This document shows, piece after piece, positions 1-8,724 of a DNA stretch of 54,316 bases. Under the pieces are notes generated by a model, which worked only from the letters and a program-made list of their open reading frames with translations, was not told the DNA's origin and did not search any database. The translations under genes were made by a program, and so were the position numbers. The DNA comes from an uncultured Gammaproteobacteria bacterium (GTDB lineage: Bacteria > Pseudomonadota > Gammaproteobacteria > JADZEE01), in assembly GCA_964493555.1 (NCBI GenBank), contig CAZBOQ010000085.1, positions 1 to 54,316 of the forward strand, written 5' to 3'. Position 1 is the first letter of the stretch. Every line of letters begins with the position of its first letter.

Positions 1-1
1 C

Positions 2-451
2 ACCATTGATGCCACCGAATGGGTGGCGCCGTTCCACGACATGCGCCTAGGACTTGACCGGGCAGCAAAGTACTACTACTACCCTGGCTGGCATGAGCCG
101 GGCACGGTGTTAGAGTTGATTGTAAGCACTCAGGCTTGGCAGAGATTGCCCGAGGACTTGCAACGCACGGTAGAGGTGGCGGCGGCGGCGGTTAACGGTT
201 GGATGCTGCCCCAAATGGAAACTTTGAATTCCGAGGCGTTGGCCGAGCTGCGAACCAAACCGAACCTCGAGGTCCTGCCTTTTCCCGACGATGTGATCGA
301 TGAGTTGCGCCGGCTGACGGAACGAACCCTGGACGAGGAAGCAGCTGCAGATTCTGAATTTGCGGGTGTGCTTGCCGCCTACCGCGCCTATCGTGATGCA
401 AGTAACGGCTGGAACAGCATCGCTGAGGACGCCTACCGCGGTCTGCGCTAA
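2..451 (+). CDS. TRAP transporter periplasmic solute-binding protein (DctP family), 5'-truncated at window edge
   Basis: The frame is open from base 2 ([14 protein letters not shown]...). The C-terminal sequence [24 protein letters not shown] resembles family-7 (DctP) solute receptors. Stop at 449-451. Confidence 0.6.
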   Translation, partial: TIDATEWVAPFHDMRLGLDRAAKYYYYPGWHEPGTVLELIVSTQAWQRLPEDLQRTVEVAAAAVNGWMLPQMETLNSEALAELRTKPNLEVLPFPDDVIDELRRLTERTLDEEAAADSEFAGVLAAYRAYRDASNGWNSIAEDAYRGLR

Positions 452-484
452 AGATTGGTGGTAAATTAGATTCGACATAGCCTC

Positions 485-561
485 GCGCCCGTAGCTCAGC
501 TGGATAGAGTGCTGCCCTCCGAAGGCAGAAGTCAGAGGTTCGAATCCTCTCGGGCGCGCCA
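485..561 (+). tRNA. tRNA-Arg (anticodon CCG)
   Basis: Hand-folded cloverleaf: acceptor GCGCCCG/CGGGCGC, D-arm GCTC..GAGT, anticodon stem CTGCC/GGCAG with loop CTCCGAA, T-arm AGAGG-TTCGAAT-CCTCT, encoded CCA. Confidence 0.9.
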
Positions 562-742
562 CTTCATTTTGGCCTTAATTGGCGCACGCTAATACGCTTT
601 CAGGTTAGTCCTTATCTGAGAATTGAGTAACGCCACATGAAATGGTTACGCCTCTCATCAAGCGTGGTAGCGAAACAGCATTGTTATATTGCGATCCGCA
701 ATTTTTCCGCAAGACGCGGGGGCGGCTGAGCCACCGTGGCGG

Positions 743-1384
743 CTATTCCATTCGCTCTGTATCGACCAATTGATCGACCAGCTTTAACAGTTTAGCGAAG
801 TTGCCAGCAGAGGTCGCGGAGGCACGGTATTTGCCGTTAATGATCACTGCAGGCACCCCGGAGATGCCGTATTCTCGGCTCATTAGCATCGCATGGCGGG
901 TTTTGCCGTCGATCGAGAATGAGTCGTAGATCTTATTGAATTCCACTTTAGCTATACCGTGTTTTTCAAAGAAATCCGCCAGTTCGGCTTGATTGAAAAC
1001 ACGCCTGCCGTCCAAGTGCAGGGCCTCGAATAGCGGCACGTGAATTGCGTCGAGTACCCCTAGTGTCTGCGCGGTGTAATACGCTCGGGCGTGGGGGACC
1101 CATTCATCACGGAATACGCCAGGAAGTCTGCGGAATTCGACGTCGTCGTCTTTCGTTTTCAGCCAGTCCTGAACGTAGGGTTCAAAACTGTAACAGTGTG
1201 GGCAGCCGTACCAGAAAATTTCCAACACTTCGATTTTATCGCCCGTCCGAGTCGGTTGTTGCGGAACCACCCGTTGGTAATGCTGACCTTCCTTGAAAAC
1301 CGGCCCGGCCGTTTCGCCGGAAGCCGTGCTCATGAATGCTCCGAAAAGTGCGCTCAGCAGGATGGGAAATAGGACCTGTCTCAC
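743..1384 (-). CDS. dsbA: Thiol:disulfide interchange protein DsbA
   Basis: N-terminal signal peptide. Active-site WYGCPHCYSFEP (CPHC) thioredoxin motif. Typical length of 213 aa. GTG start. Confidence 0.9.
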   Translation of the reverse strand: MRQVLFPILLSALFGAFMSTASGETAGPVFKEGQHYQRVVPQQPTRTGDKIEVLEIFWYGCPHCYSFEPYVQDWLKTKDDDVEFRRLPGVFRDEWVPHARAYYTAQTLGVLDAIHVPLFEALHLDGRRVFNQAELADFFEKHGIAKVEFNKIYDSFSIDGKTRHAMLMSREYGISGVPAVIINGKYRASATSAGNFAKLLKLVDQLVDTERME

Positions 1385-1805
1385 GTGGTTAACTCCTTGT
1401 TAAATTTTCTGTACGAAGGGATTGTACGGGCTTTGTACCTTCGATCTGTAACTAGGCCACGCTGGCAAGCTACTAGCAAGGAGTGGATTGAACCCAATGC
1501 AACCCGTAAATATACGACGAAACAGCGGCAATGTCTTTTTCGCTCAAGCGTTCGGCGATCGTCTACATCATCTGTGTGATGTCGTTGGTGCGTGCTCGGG
1601 CTTTATAAAAAGCGAACCCCATTAACAAACCGATTAATAGCAGGCCGACGTGGAGGGTGTGGAGGGCGGAGAATTTGACCGGTTGTCTGTATCTGTACCG
1701 ATCTGAAATCACACGATGCCCTCCGAAAGCCAAGTTACATGTTGTTGCAAGTGTAGAAGAATACACGAATGATAATACCCAATTACCCAAACTTTGGGCG
1801 GCGTA

Positions 1806-2420
1806 ATGAACACAAATATTCTTGTTGAGGCGGATTTTGGTGCCACCAGTTTTCTCCTCGCGGCACACGAACTTTCTGATCTGCCGTCCGACGATGGTGC
1901 TGAAGTCGCTTTTGTCGGCCGTTCCAACGCAGGCAAGTCCAGTGCACTGAACTGTATTACCGGCAAGTCTGGTTTGGCCCGAACCAGCAAGGCGCCGGGG
2001 CGCACAAGACAAATCGTGTTCTTCACGTTGGATGCGGAAAAACGCTTGGTTGATCTGCCCGGCTATGGTTACGCGAAAACTTCGAAGTCGCTGCAAGCGC
2101 ACTGGGGGCACACGTTGCCAAAGTATCTTGCAACTCGTCGCGCTTTGCGCGCGTTGGTGATCGTTGCCGATGCGCGCCACGGGTTGAAGGATAGCGACCG
2201 TGATCTGCTTGCATGGAGCCGGACGGTAGTACCGATACGTCACGTATTGTTGACCAAAGCCGACAAATTGAGCCGTTCGAAAGCCGCACAAGCTTTGCGA
2301 GTTTTGAAAAAAGAGCTGCGAGCGGATTTTTCCGGAGAATCAGCACAGCTTTTCTCAGCGACTGCTAAAACCGGTCTGGAGGAGGCAAGAAACTTAATTT
2401 GGGGCTGGTTGTCGGAATGA
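1806..2420 (+). CDS. engB: Ribosome biogenesis GTP-binding protein YihA/EngB
   Basis: G1 motif GRSNAGKSSALN, DLPGYGYA (G3), TKADK (G4). The ATG at 1806 aligns with the canonical N-terminus; the ORF track starts at an upstream TTG (1794). Confidence 0.9.
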   Translation: MNTNILVEADFGATSFLLAAHELSDLPSDDGAEVAFVGRSNAGKSSALNCITGKSGLARTSKAPGRTRQIVFFTLDAEKRLVDLPGYGYAKTSKSLQAHWGHTLPKYLATRRALRALVIVADARHGLKDSDRDLLAWSRTVVPIRHVLLTKADKLSRSKAAQALRVLKKELRADFSGESAQLFSATAKTGLEEARNLIWGWLSE

Positions 2421-2471
2421 GTCCGCCTACACCCAAAGGCTCTGGATGTGACTAACGACGCGTGCCGAAAT

Positions 2472-2545
2472 AAAAAAAGCCCCGGCGTTGGTTTTGAGGG
2501 GGTAGTGCTGCCGGGGCCGAAAAAACCCGGCAGGGGAAACCGGGT
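2472..2545 (-). terminator. Two tandem Rho-independent terminators (minus strand)
   Basis: On the minus strand, hairpin ACCCGG-N9-CCGGGT (2545..2525) is followed by U6. Immediately after it, hairpin GCCCCGGC-N23-GCCGGGGC (2517..2479) is followed by U7. Confidence 0.6.
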
Positions 2546-2934
2546 AGACAGTGCCCGCCGGGGGAGGAAGAGCAGGAGGTTGTCTGGCAAAACTTATTAA
2601 ATAGGACGCGCCATTTCGCTAAAAGTTCCCTAACGAACCGATGAAGCGGCAAATTAATGTCCAACCGAGAATGGTAATCTATGTTAGATGGGCCAAGAAT
2701 GCTTGGGTGGGTCGGCCATTTTGAAAAAAACCATTTAACTACCTACAATTAATACAATTATTGTCGTGCTTTATGTGGTGCTACCCGATGTTTTGTTAAT
2801 AGATGTTTTGGGCAACGGTTGAGAGAGTTGACAGTTTCCACAATTGTATCCACAGTGTGTTGCGTATTCGCAACGAAAATAGGCGAACGATGCGGCCCGC
2901 GAGTGGTGTATTAGCCGAAATTAATCGGTGGGTG

Positions 2935-3138
2935 CTATTTTATCCCATACTTGCGGCGGAATTTGTCGACCCGCCCCGCGGTATCAACCAGTTTTTGTTG
3001 GCCGGTGTAGAAGGGGTGACAGGCCGAGCACACGTCAACATGCAGGTCCTCGGTGAGGGTTGAACGCGTACTGAAGGTGTTGCCGCAACTGCAGGTAACG
3101 GCGAGCTCTTGGTATTTGGGATGGATTTCGGCTTTCAT
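2935..3138 (-). CDS. rpmE: 50S ribosomal protein L31
   Basis: MKAEIHPKY...CSCGN...[13 protein letters not shown] matches the Zn-ribbon form of L31. ATG at 3138; the ORF track adds one upstream GTG codon. Confidence 0.95.
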   Translation of the reverse strand: MKAEIHPKYQELAVTCSCGNTFSTRSTLTEDLHVDVCSACHPFYTGQQKLVDTAGRVDKFRRKYGIK

Positions 3139-3281
3139 CACATGGACCTACTCTATAAGCGCGTTCGCCAAAGGTGGCGGACCGGCGCGATTCTAGCGCT
3201 GGAGGGTTCTTTGAATCAAGCAGTGTTGGCTGCTCAACCATGGTACTAACCCGATAATTTAACTCCGGGCTAGAGGCTGGC

Positions 3282-4025
3282 TTAGGCGAACTCCACCACT
3301 ACTGGCGCGTGGTCGGAGGGTTTGTCCCAGCGACGCGGCGTTTGGTCGACCACGCAACGAATACACTTCCGGGCGAGCGCGGCGCTTACTAAGATGAGAT
3401 CGATACGCATCCCGCGGTTTCGGCGAAATCCGCCAGCACGATAATCCCACCATGAAAAGCCGTCACTGGATTGTTCAAACAAGCGAAACGCATCCGCAAG
3501 ACCTACCGCTTGCAGTTTTGCTAACGCAGTGCGCTCCGGCTCACTCACCAACACTTTGCCGCGCCAGGCATCTGGGTCGTGCACATCCCGGTCCTCGGGT
3601 GCAATATTGAAGTCGCCGAGCAATATAAGCGCTTCATGCTCGATTGCTAAGTGCTCCACATAGTCGGTAAGCGCGGCCAGCCAGTCGAGCTTGTAATCGT
3701 ACTTGTCACTATCGACACTGGACCCGTTTGGTACGTAAAGATCCAGTATCACCAATTGATCGAACTGCACGGCCATCACACGTCGCTGCGGGTCATCGTA
3801 TCCAGGGATGGCATCGGCGAGAACGAAAGCCGGGCGTTTGCTCAGAATAGCGACGCCGTTGTAGCTCTTTTGCCCGGCGTACACGGCCTGGTAGCCGGCC
3901 TCTTCGAGGGCCACTACCGGGAATTCACGATCTTGTATTTTGGTCTCCTGCAACGCCACAATATCGGGAGACTCGGTAGCAAGCCACGTTCGCAAGTGCT
4001 CCATGCGCGCGCGCAGCGAATTCAC
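3282..4025 (-). CDS. xthA: Exodeoxyribonuclease III (start probably further upstream at a non-canonical codon, up to 4046)
   Basis: VALQETK, LGDFNIAP and SDHAPV motifs of the ExoIII/AP endonuclease family. The conserved N-terminal KIATWNVN is encoded in frame just upstream of the GTG at 4025 (see finding). Confidence 0.9.
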   Translation of the reverse strand: MNSLRARMEHLRTWLATESPDIVALQETKIQDREFPVVALEEAGYQAVYAGQKSYNGVAILSKRPAFVLADAIPGYDDPQRRVMAVQFDQLVILDLYVPNGSSVDSDKYDYKLDWLAALTDYVEHLAIEHEALILLGDFNIAPEDRDVHDPDAWRGKVLVSEPERTALAKLQAVGLADAFRLFEQSSDGFSWWDYRAGGFRRNRGMRIDLILVSAALARKCIRCVVDQTPRRWDKPSDHAPVVVEFA

Positions 4026-4081
4026 GTTCCAGGTTGCAATCTTGATTTAGCTGATCTTCCGGAAGGGGTTTGAAAACTGCG

Positions 4082-4801
4082 TCATACGCGGAAGCCTCCG
4101 TGTCGGCGGCGATTGAGGTAATCCATGAAGAACACCCCCCCGCCGAAAGCCAACACTAAGACAATGAGTGTCCACAGAATATTATTGTTGTCACCCGGTA
4201 GATTCGAAGTGGCGAACAGAGCAAATTCCCGGTCCGGGTCCCGTCCTTCACGCATTAATGTGGTTTTGAGTTCCGCATTTTCCATTTCAAGTCGTTTTAC
4301 GTAGGCGCCGCTGGTCATGTCTCCGGTGGCCGACTGCAAGTGACCTAATTTAGCCTGCAGATCGGCGGCCTTCAACCGCTCCGAGCTAAGTTGTTCACGC
4401 AGTTCCACATTTTCTTTAGCCAGGCGTTCATCAGATGATGTTCTGTCGCCACCCTGGCCGGTCCGTAGCGCTCGTATTTGGCTCGCTAGCTCTTTGTTCT
4501 GCCGGTCAAATGCATCGACTACCAGCACTGCCGGTTGCTCTGTCATCAAATATCCGGCGTCAACCCAACCGACCGTGCCAGTGGGTTCGCGCACTTGCGC
4601 TAGTTCCTCATCCCGCTCTAAGACCTCAAGTTCAGTCCCGGTCGGTATCACTTTCAGGATCGGACTGTCCAACGTTTTGGTCTGATGTATGCCGATCAGG
4701 AGTCGATCGATCACATAGGCTGTTTCCGCGCCCGTAATGGTCGGGAATCCGGTCAAAATCAAACACACCATGCAGACAAGAGAGAAACTACTAACGTGCA
4801 T
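4082..4801 (-). CDS. SH3-domain membrane protein (YgiM/TIGR04211-like)
   Basis: An internal ATG at 4801 with upstream GGGGGG gives a signal peptide (MHVSSFSLVCMVCLILTG...), an SH3-like segment (GTVGWVDAGYL), a coiled coil and a C-terminal TM helix. The longer 327-aa ORF would overlap the prlC 3' end. Confidence 0.7.
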   Translation of the reverse strand: MHVSSFSLVCMVCLILTGFPTITGAETAYVIDRLLIGIHQTKTLDSPILKVIPTGTELEVLERDEELAQVREPTGTVGWVDAGYLMTEQPAVLVVDAFDRQNKELASQIRALRTGQGGDRTSSDERLAKENVELREQLSSERLKAADLQAKLGHLQSATGDMTSGAYVKRLEMENAELKTTLMREGRDPDREFALFATSNLPGDNNNILWTLIVLVLAFGGGVFFMDYLNRRRHGGFRV

Positions 4802-4829
4802 TTTGTCCCCCCGAGCCGGTCGTTTCTCG

Positions 4830-6875
4830 TTAAGCAGCAGTATTAATCCCGGACTGTCGCAACAGGGCATCAACCAAGGGCTCCCTACCGCGGAATTCAA
4901 TGAACAGATCCAACGCGTCCTTTGAACCTCCGCGCTCGAGAATACTGTGCATGAAACTTGCGCCGGTTGCCCGGTCAAATATACCGTTTTCCTTAAATTT
5001 CTCGAAGGCGTCAGCAGATAATACCTCCGCCCATTTATAACTGTAGTAACCCGCGGCATAGCCACCGGCGAAAATGTGCGCGAAACCGTTTTGGAACCGG
5101 TTGAATGGTGGGTACGGCACGACCGCGACCCGCTCTCGGACCTGTTCGATAACGGAAATTACATCAGTCCCGCGGGAAGGGTTGAAGTGCATGTGAAGTT
5201 CGAAGTCAAACAGGGCGAACTCGAGTTGGCGGAGCATATGTAGTGCGGCTTGAAAATTTTTTGCCGCCATCATCCGATCGAAAATGTTGCGCGGCAAAGG
5301 TTCCCCAGTCTCAAAGTGGCCGCTGATCAGCGTCAGGGCTTCGTACTCCCAACACCAGTTCTCGGTTAGTTGACTGGGAAGCTCGACGGCGTCCCACGCT
5401 ACTCCGTTTATTCCAGACACGGCAGAACGGTCGATCAGGGTAAGGATGTGATGCATTCCGTGACCGAACTCATGAAACAGGGTGACTACTTCCTCGTGGG
5501 TAAGTAGCGAGCATTCTCCGTCCACCGATGGGGTGAAATTGCAAGTGAGGAAAGCGACTGGAGTCTGTACGTAATCACTAAGTCGGCGACGATTAATGCA
5601 CTCATCCATCCATGCCCCACCGCGCTTGTTCGGGCGTGCGTACAGATCAGTGTAAAACATGCCGCGCAGCTGGTCGTTAGCGTCACTTACACGGAAGAAT
5701 CGCACATCCTTGTGCCAGGTCTGCACGTCGGCGACTTCGACGATCTTAAGTCCATAAAGACGGTCGACAGTAGCAAATAGTCCCGCCATTACACGATCGG
5801 CCGGGAAATAGGGCCGAAGTTCTTCCTGTGAAAACGCGAACTTGTCCACTCGAAGTTTCTCAGAATAGTACGCAACATCCCAGGCTTCGATGTTGCTGTG
5901 TCCCCAATGGGTTGCGGCGTAGTCGGTGAGTTCGCGAAATTCGCGGAGCGCTTGCGGTTTGGATTTGTCCACTAGATCCTGAAGAAACGTGAGGACTTGC
6001 TGTTCGGCCTTGGCCATCTTGGTGGTGAGCGAGAACTGCGTATAGTTCTGGTAACCCAGTAGCGTCGCTAGCTCCTTGCGCAGCGCCAAAATTCGCACCA
6101 TGTGTTCGCTGTTGTCGTATTCGCAAGCGCATGGCCCTTGGTCCGACGCCCGTGTTACATAAGCTTCGTAAAGTTCGAGCCGCAGTTGCCGGTCGTCGGC
6201 GTACCGCATTACTGGCAGGTAGGAGGGCATGTCCAGGGTGAAGGTCCAGCCTTGTAAGCCTGTGTCCTGGGCGGTTTGTCGGGCTAGCGCACGCGCGGAT
6301 TCCGGCAGGCCGCGCAGCTTATCCTCGTCAGTGACGGTCTTTCTCCACGCGGCGGTTGCATCGAGCAGGTTTTCTTCAAACTTGGTCTGTGCCTCTACCA
6401 GTTCGCTTTGAAGTCTCTTATAGCGTTCGCGTTCGTCATCAGGGAGACCGATCCCGGCCAGTTCAAAATCGCGCACTTGGTGCCGAACAAGCTGTTGCTC
6501 GGGTTGGCTTAGTGAGTCGAAATTGGTCGCGGTGGCGATCGAACGGAACAAAGCATAAAGCGCCTCATTCTGGCCAAGTTCTGTTTGGTACTCGGTGATC
6601 TTGCGCATCGCATTTTTGTAGGCTTGGCGCAGCCGCTCATCGTCGCGAACGCTATGCAGGTGCCTAACCGGCGCCCAGGCCCGTTGTAGCCGGTCTTCCA
6701 AATCTTCAAGCGGCAATATGGTCGAGTTGAAATCGTCGGTACGCGCATTGCTGGCTAAGGCTAAAAGACCAGCACGATTGTCCGCGAGGATACGGTCTAT
6801 AGCGGGCTCTACGTGCGCCGAGTCGATGAGTTCGAATGGCGGTAAGAGAGAGTCTTCAAGCAATGGATTCGACAT
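4830..6875 (-). CDS. prlC: Oligopeptidase A (M3 zinc metallopeptidase)
   Basis: 681 aa. HEFGH zinc motif within LFHEFGHGMHH. Overall M3 family architecture. Confidence 0.9.
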   Translation of the reverse strand: MSNPLLEDSLLPPFELIDSAHVEPAIDRILADNRAGLLALASNARTDDFNSTILPLEDLEDRLQRAWAPVRHLHSVRDDERLRQAYKNAMRKITEYQTELGQNEALYALFRSIATATNFDSLSQPEQQLVRHQVRDFELAGIGLPDDERERYKRLQSELVEAQTKFEENLLDATAAWRKTVTDEDKLRGLPESARALARQTAQDTGLQGWTFTLDMPSYLPVMRYADDRQLRLELYEAYVTRASDQGPCACEYDNSEHMVRILALRKELATLLGYQNYTQFSLTTKMAKAEQQVLTFLQDLVDKSKPQALREFRELTDYAATHWGHSNIEAWDVAYYSEKLRVDKFAFSQEELRPYFPADRVMAGLFATVDRLYGLKIVEVADVQTWHKDVRFFRVSDANDQLRGMFYTDLYARPNKRGGAWMDECINRRRLSDYVQTPVAFLTCNFTPSVDGECSLLTHEEVVTLFHEFGHGMHHILTLIDRSAVSGINGVAWDAVELPSQLTENWCWEYEALTLISGHFETGEPLPRNIFDRMMAAKNFQAALHMLRQLEFALFDFELHMHFNPSRGTDVISVIEQVRERVAVVPYPPFNRFQNGFAHIFAGGYAAGYYSYKWAEVLSADAFEKFKENGIFDRATGASFMHSILERGGSKDALDLFIEFRGREPLVDALLRQSGINTAA

Positions 6876-6992
6876 GCGGTTATGGTTTTATTTTTGTTAT
6901 GTGCGACGAGGCTAATGTAACACATCAGGTAGCAAATCGAGGTGATGTTGGAAGCGCCGTCGTTAGCAAGAGGAGATTTCGATGTAATCCGG

Positions 6993-7008
6993 AATGATAA
7001 TAATTATC
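6993..7008. promoter_or_regulatory. Fur box (iron-responsive operator)
   Basis: AATGATAATAATTATC matches 15 of 16 positions of the core of the GATAATGATAATCATTATC consensus. It lies between divergent prlC and bfr, just upstream of the bfr -35 element. Confidence 0.65.
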
Positions 7009-7031
7009 ATTTTAAATCAGCTATTTACAGC

Positions 7032-7059
7032 TTGACAGCAGGCGCTGCTGGTCTATAGT
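7032..7059 (+). promoter_or_regulatory. Sigma-70-type promoter for bfr
   Basis: TTGACA-N16-TATAGT, about 40 bp upstream of the bfr ATG. Confidence 0.55.
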
Positions 7060-7098
7060 GGAACCGAAACTACCGTACCTTCCGCTTAGGAGATCTTC

Positions 7099-7563
7099 AT
7101 GCAGGGCGACACACAAGTACTCGCACATTTGAACGTCATTTTGAAAAATGAACTTATCGCGATTAATCAGTATTTTCTACACTCACGAATGCTGAAGGAC
7201 TGGGGTCTCACGTCACTCGCTGAGCATGAGTACAACGAATCGATCGATGAGATGAAGCATGCCGATGCGTTGGTGCAACGTATTCTGTTTCTCGAAGGCC
7301 TGCCGAATCTCCAGGATCTGGGGCAACTGCGCATTGGCGAGGACACCGCCGAGATCCTGGCTGCAGATCTCGCCCTTGAGCACGATGCAATACCGCCCCT
7401 ACGGGAGGCGATTACCCATTGCGAAGACGTCAAAGACTTTGTCTCACGTGAATTGGTGGAATCGATATTGGAAAGTGAGGAAGAGCACTTGGATTGGTTA
7501 GAGACACAGCTGGACCTGATTGGCAAAATGGGGTTGCAGAACTACCTTCAGTCGGGTACCTGA
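7099..7563 (+). CDS. bfr: Bacterioferritin
   Basis: 154 aa. [31 protein letters not shown] and the ferroxidase-centre E/H pattern (EHEY..E..H, EEEH) are typical of Bfr. Confidence 0.9.
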   Translation: MQGDTQVLAHLNVILKNELIAINQYFLHSRMLKDWGLTSLAEHEYNESIDEMKHADALVQRILFLEGLPNLQDLGQLRIGEDTAEILAADLALEHDAIPPLREAITHCEDVKDFVSRELVESILESEEEHLDWLETQLDLIGKMGLQNYLQSGT

Positions 7564-7690
7564 AGGAGGGAAATAGCAGTAGCGGGATCTCGATCAGCTC
7601 TCCTTCCTTTTGGACCCTCCTTAAGGGAGCCCTTTGTTTTCCTTGGTGAGGTGCGTAGCCATCTTAGCGCTGGGTTGCCTTGCATTCGTG

Positions 7691-7736
7691 TTGCGAATAC
7701 TTCTCATTAGTACTACAATTCTTAGTACTACAATTC
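7691..7736 (+). promoter_or_regulatory. Putative bfd promoter containing a perfect 15-bp tandem duplication
   Basis: TTGCGA-N17-TACAAT (7691..7719). TTAGTACTACAATTC occurs twice back to back (7707..7721, 7722..7736), which duplicates the -10-like TACAAT. Confidence 0.4.
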
Positions 7737-7765
7737 AGCTATTGACCAGCGAGAATCGCAATCTT

Positions 7766-7960
7766 ATGTACGTATGTGTCTGCCGAGCGGTAACTGAAAG
7801 AGATATCCAGAACGCTGTTGAAAAGGGCGCTTGCTGTATGCAGGAACTGCAGGATACTCTCAATGTTTCAACCGTTTGCGGTGCTTGCCAGGGTGTGGCC
7901 GAGGCTTGTTTCGAGCGCTTCGCCGGTGTCACAAACGCAACTAACCAAATCGCCGCGTAG
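7766..7960 (+). CDS. bfd: Bacterioferritin-associated ferredoxin (Bfd, 2Fe-2S)
   Basis: MYVCVCRAVTERDI...VCGACQG shows the C-x-C...C-x-x-C Bfd cluster pattern. 64 aa starting at the internal ATG 7766; the longer ORF-track N-terminus is hydrophobic junk over the promoter region. Confidence 0.8.
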   Translation: MYVCVCRAVTERDIQNAVEKGACCMQELQDTLNVSTVCGACQGVAEACFERFAGVTNATNQIAA

Positions 7961-8719
7961 CTACTTTACCGTTTTTTGTTTACCGCAAACCGAGCAATCC
8001 GGATCGCGGTTAAGGGCTATTTTGCGCCACTCCATAGTCAACGCATCCAGCACTAGCAGCCAGCCGCACAATGATTCACCAATTTGTGTTATCAGTTTCA
8101 GCGCCTCCATTGCTTGCACGCTACCGATGACGCCAAGCAATGGCGCAACCACGCCAGTATCGGCGCAGCGCTCCTCTTCGTCCGGCTCATCACTATAGAG
8201 GCAGCGGTAGCAGGGCGAACTTTCCTGCCCTGGCAAAAACACCGTCACTTGGCCAGCGAAGCGCAATGCCGCGCCTGAGACCAACGGTGTACCAGTGCGG
8301 TGGCAGGCCTTATTAATCGCGAAGCGGGTCGAGAAATTATCGCTGGCATCGAGGACAACATCGGCTGCGCCCACTTGCGCGTCGAGTTCCGTTACTCCCA
8401 AGCGAGTGCCGATGGTGGTGACGGTGGTTTCCGGATTCAATGCGACCACGCGGTCCCGCGCCGATTCAACTTTCGGCCGATTCAGATCGGAGCTTGTATG
8501 AATAATCTGCCGCTGCAGGTTCGAAAGCTCAACCTCGTCGAAGTCCACCAGAACCAGATGACCGGTGCCGGCCGCAGCGAGATACATTGCTGCCGGAGAA
8601 CCCAGCCCACCGAGACCGATGATCAATATCCGCGCGCCCAGCAGGCGTTCTTGGCCGGCCAGATCAATCTCCGGTAGCAAGATCTGGCGGCTATACCGTA
8701 ATAATTGCCCGTCTTCCAT
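7961..8719 (-). CDS. moeB: Molybdopterin-synthase adenylyltransferase (MoeB/ThiF family)
   Basis: GLGGLGSP nucleotide-binding loop and two C-x-x-C pairs (CYRC, CSVC). It sits downstream of hemA-prfA-prmC, the position I recall moeB occupying in pseudomonads. Confidence 0.8.
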   Translation of the reverse strand: MEDGQLLRYSRQILLPEIDLAGQERLLGARILIIGLGGLGSPAAMYLAAAGTGHLVLVDFDEVELSNLQRQIIHTSSDLNRPKVESARDRVVALNPETTVTTIGTRLGVTELDAQVGAADVVLDASDNFSTRFAINKACHRTGTPLVSGAALRFAGQVTVFLPGQESSPCYRCLYSDEPDEEERCADTGVVAPLLGVIGSVQAMEALKLITQIGESLCGWLLVLDALTMEWRKIALNRDPDCSVCGKQKTVK

Positions 8720-8724
8720 CCATC

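Noticed and set aside
1713-2291. Upstream part of the 242-aa minus-strand ORF opposite engB
   Set aside because: It is antisense to engB and has no recognisable domain. Only its last 49 codons, which have their own SD, are kept as a low-confidence micro-protein candidate.
4802-5065. N-terminal 88 codons of the 327-aa ORF
   Set aside because: They would overlap the prlC 3' end by more than 230 nt. The internal ATG at 4801 yields a proper signal peptide and has a G-rich SD.
7707-7736. Tandem 15-bp repeat as a possible CRISPR or VNTR array
   Set aside because: It has only two copies with no spacers, so it is not a CRISPR array. It is treated as a promoter-region duplication.
7958-7963. bfd and moeB stop codons abut (TAG|CTA) with no intergenic space
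   Set aside because: A convergent gene pair without a terminator is unusual, but it is explicable by compact genome organisation. There is no further signal to pursue.
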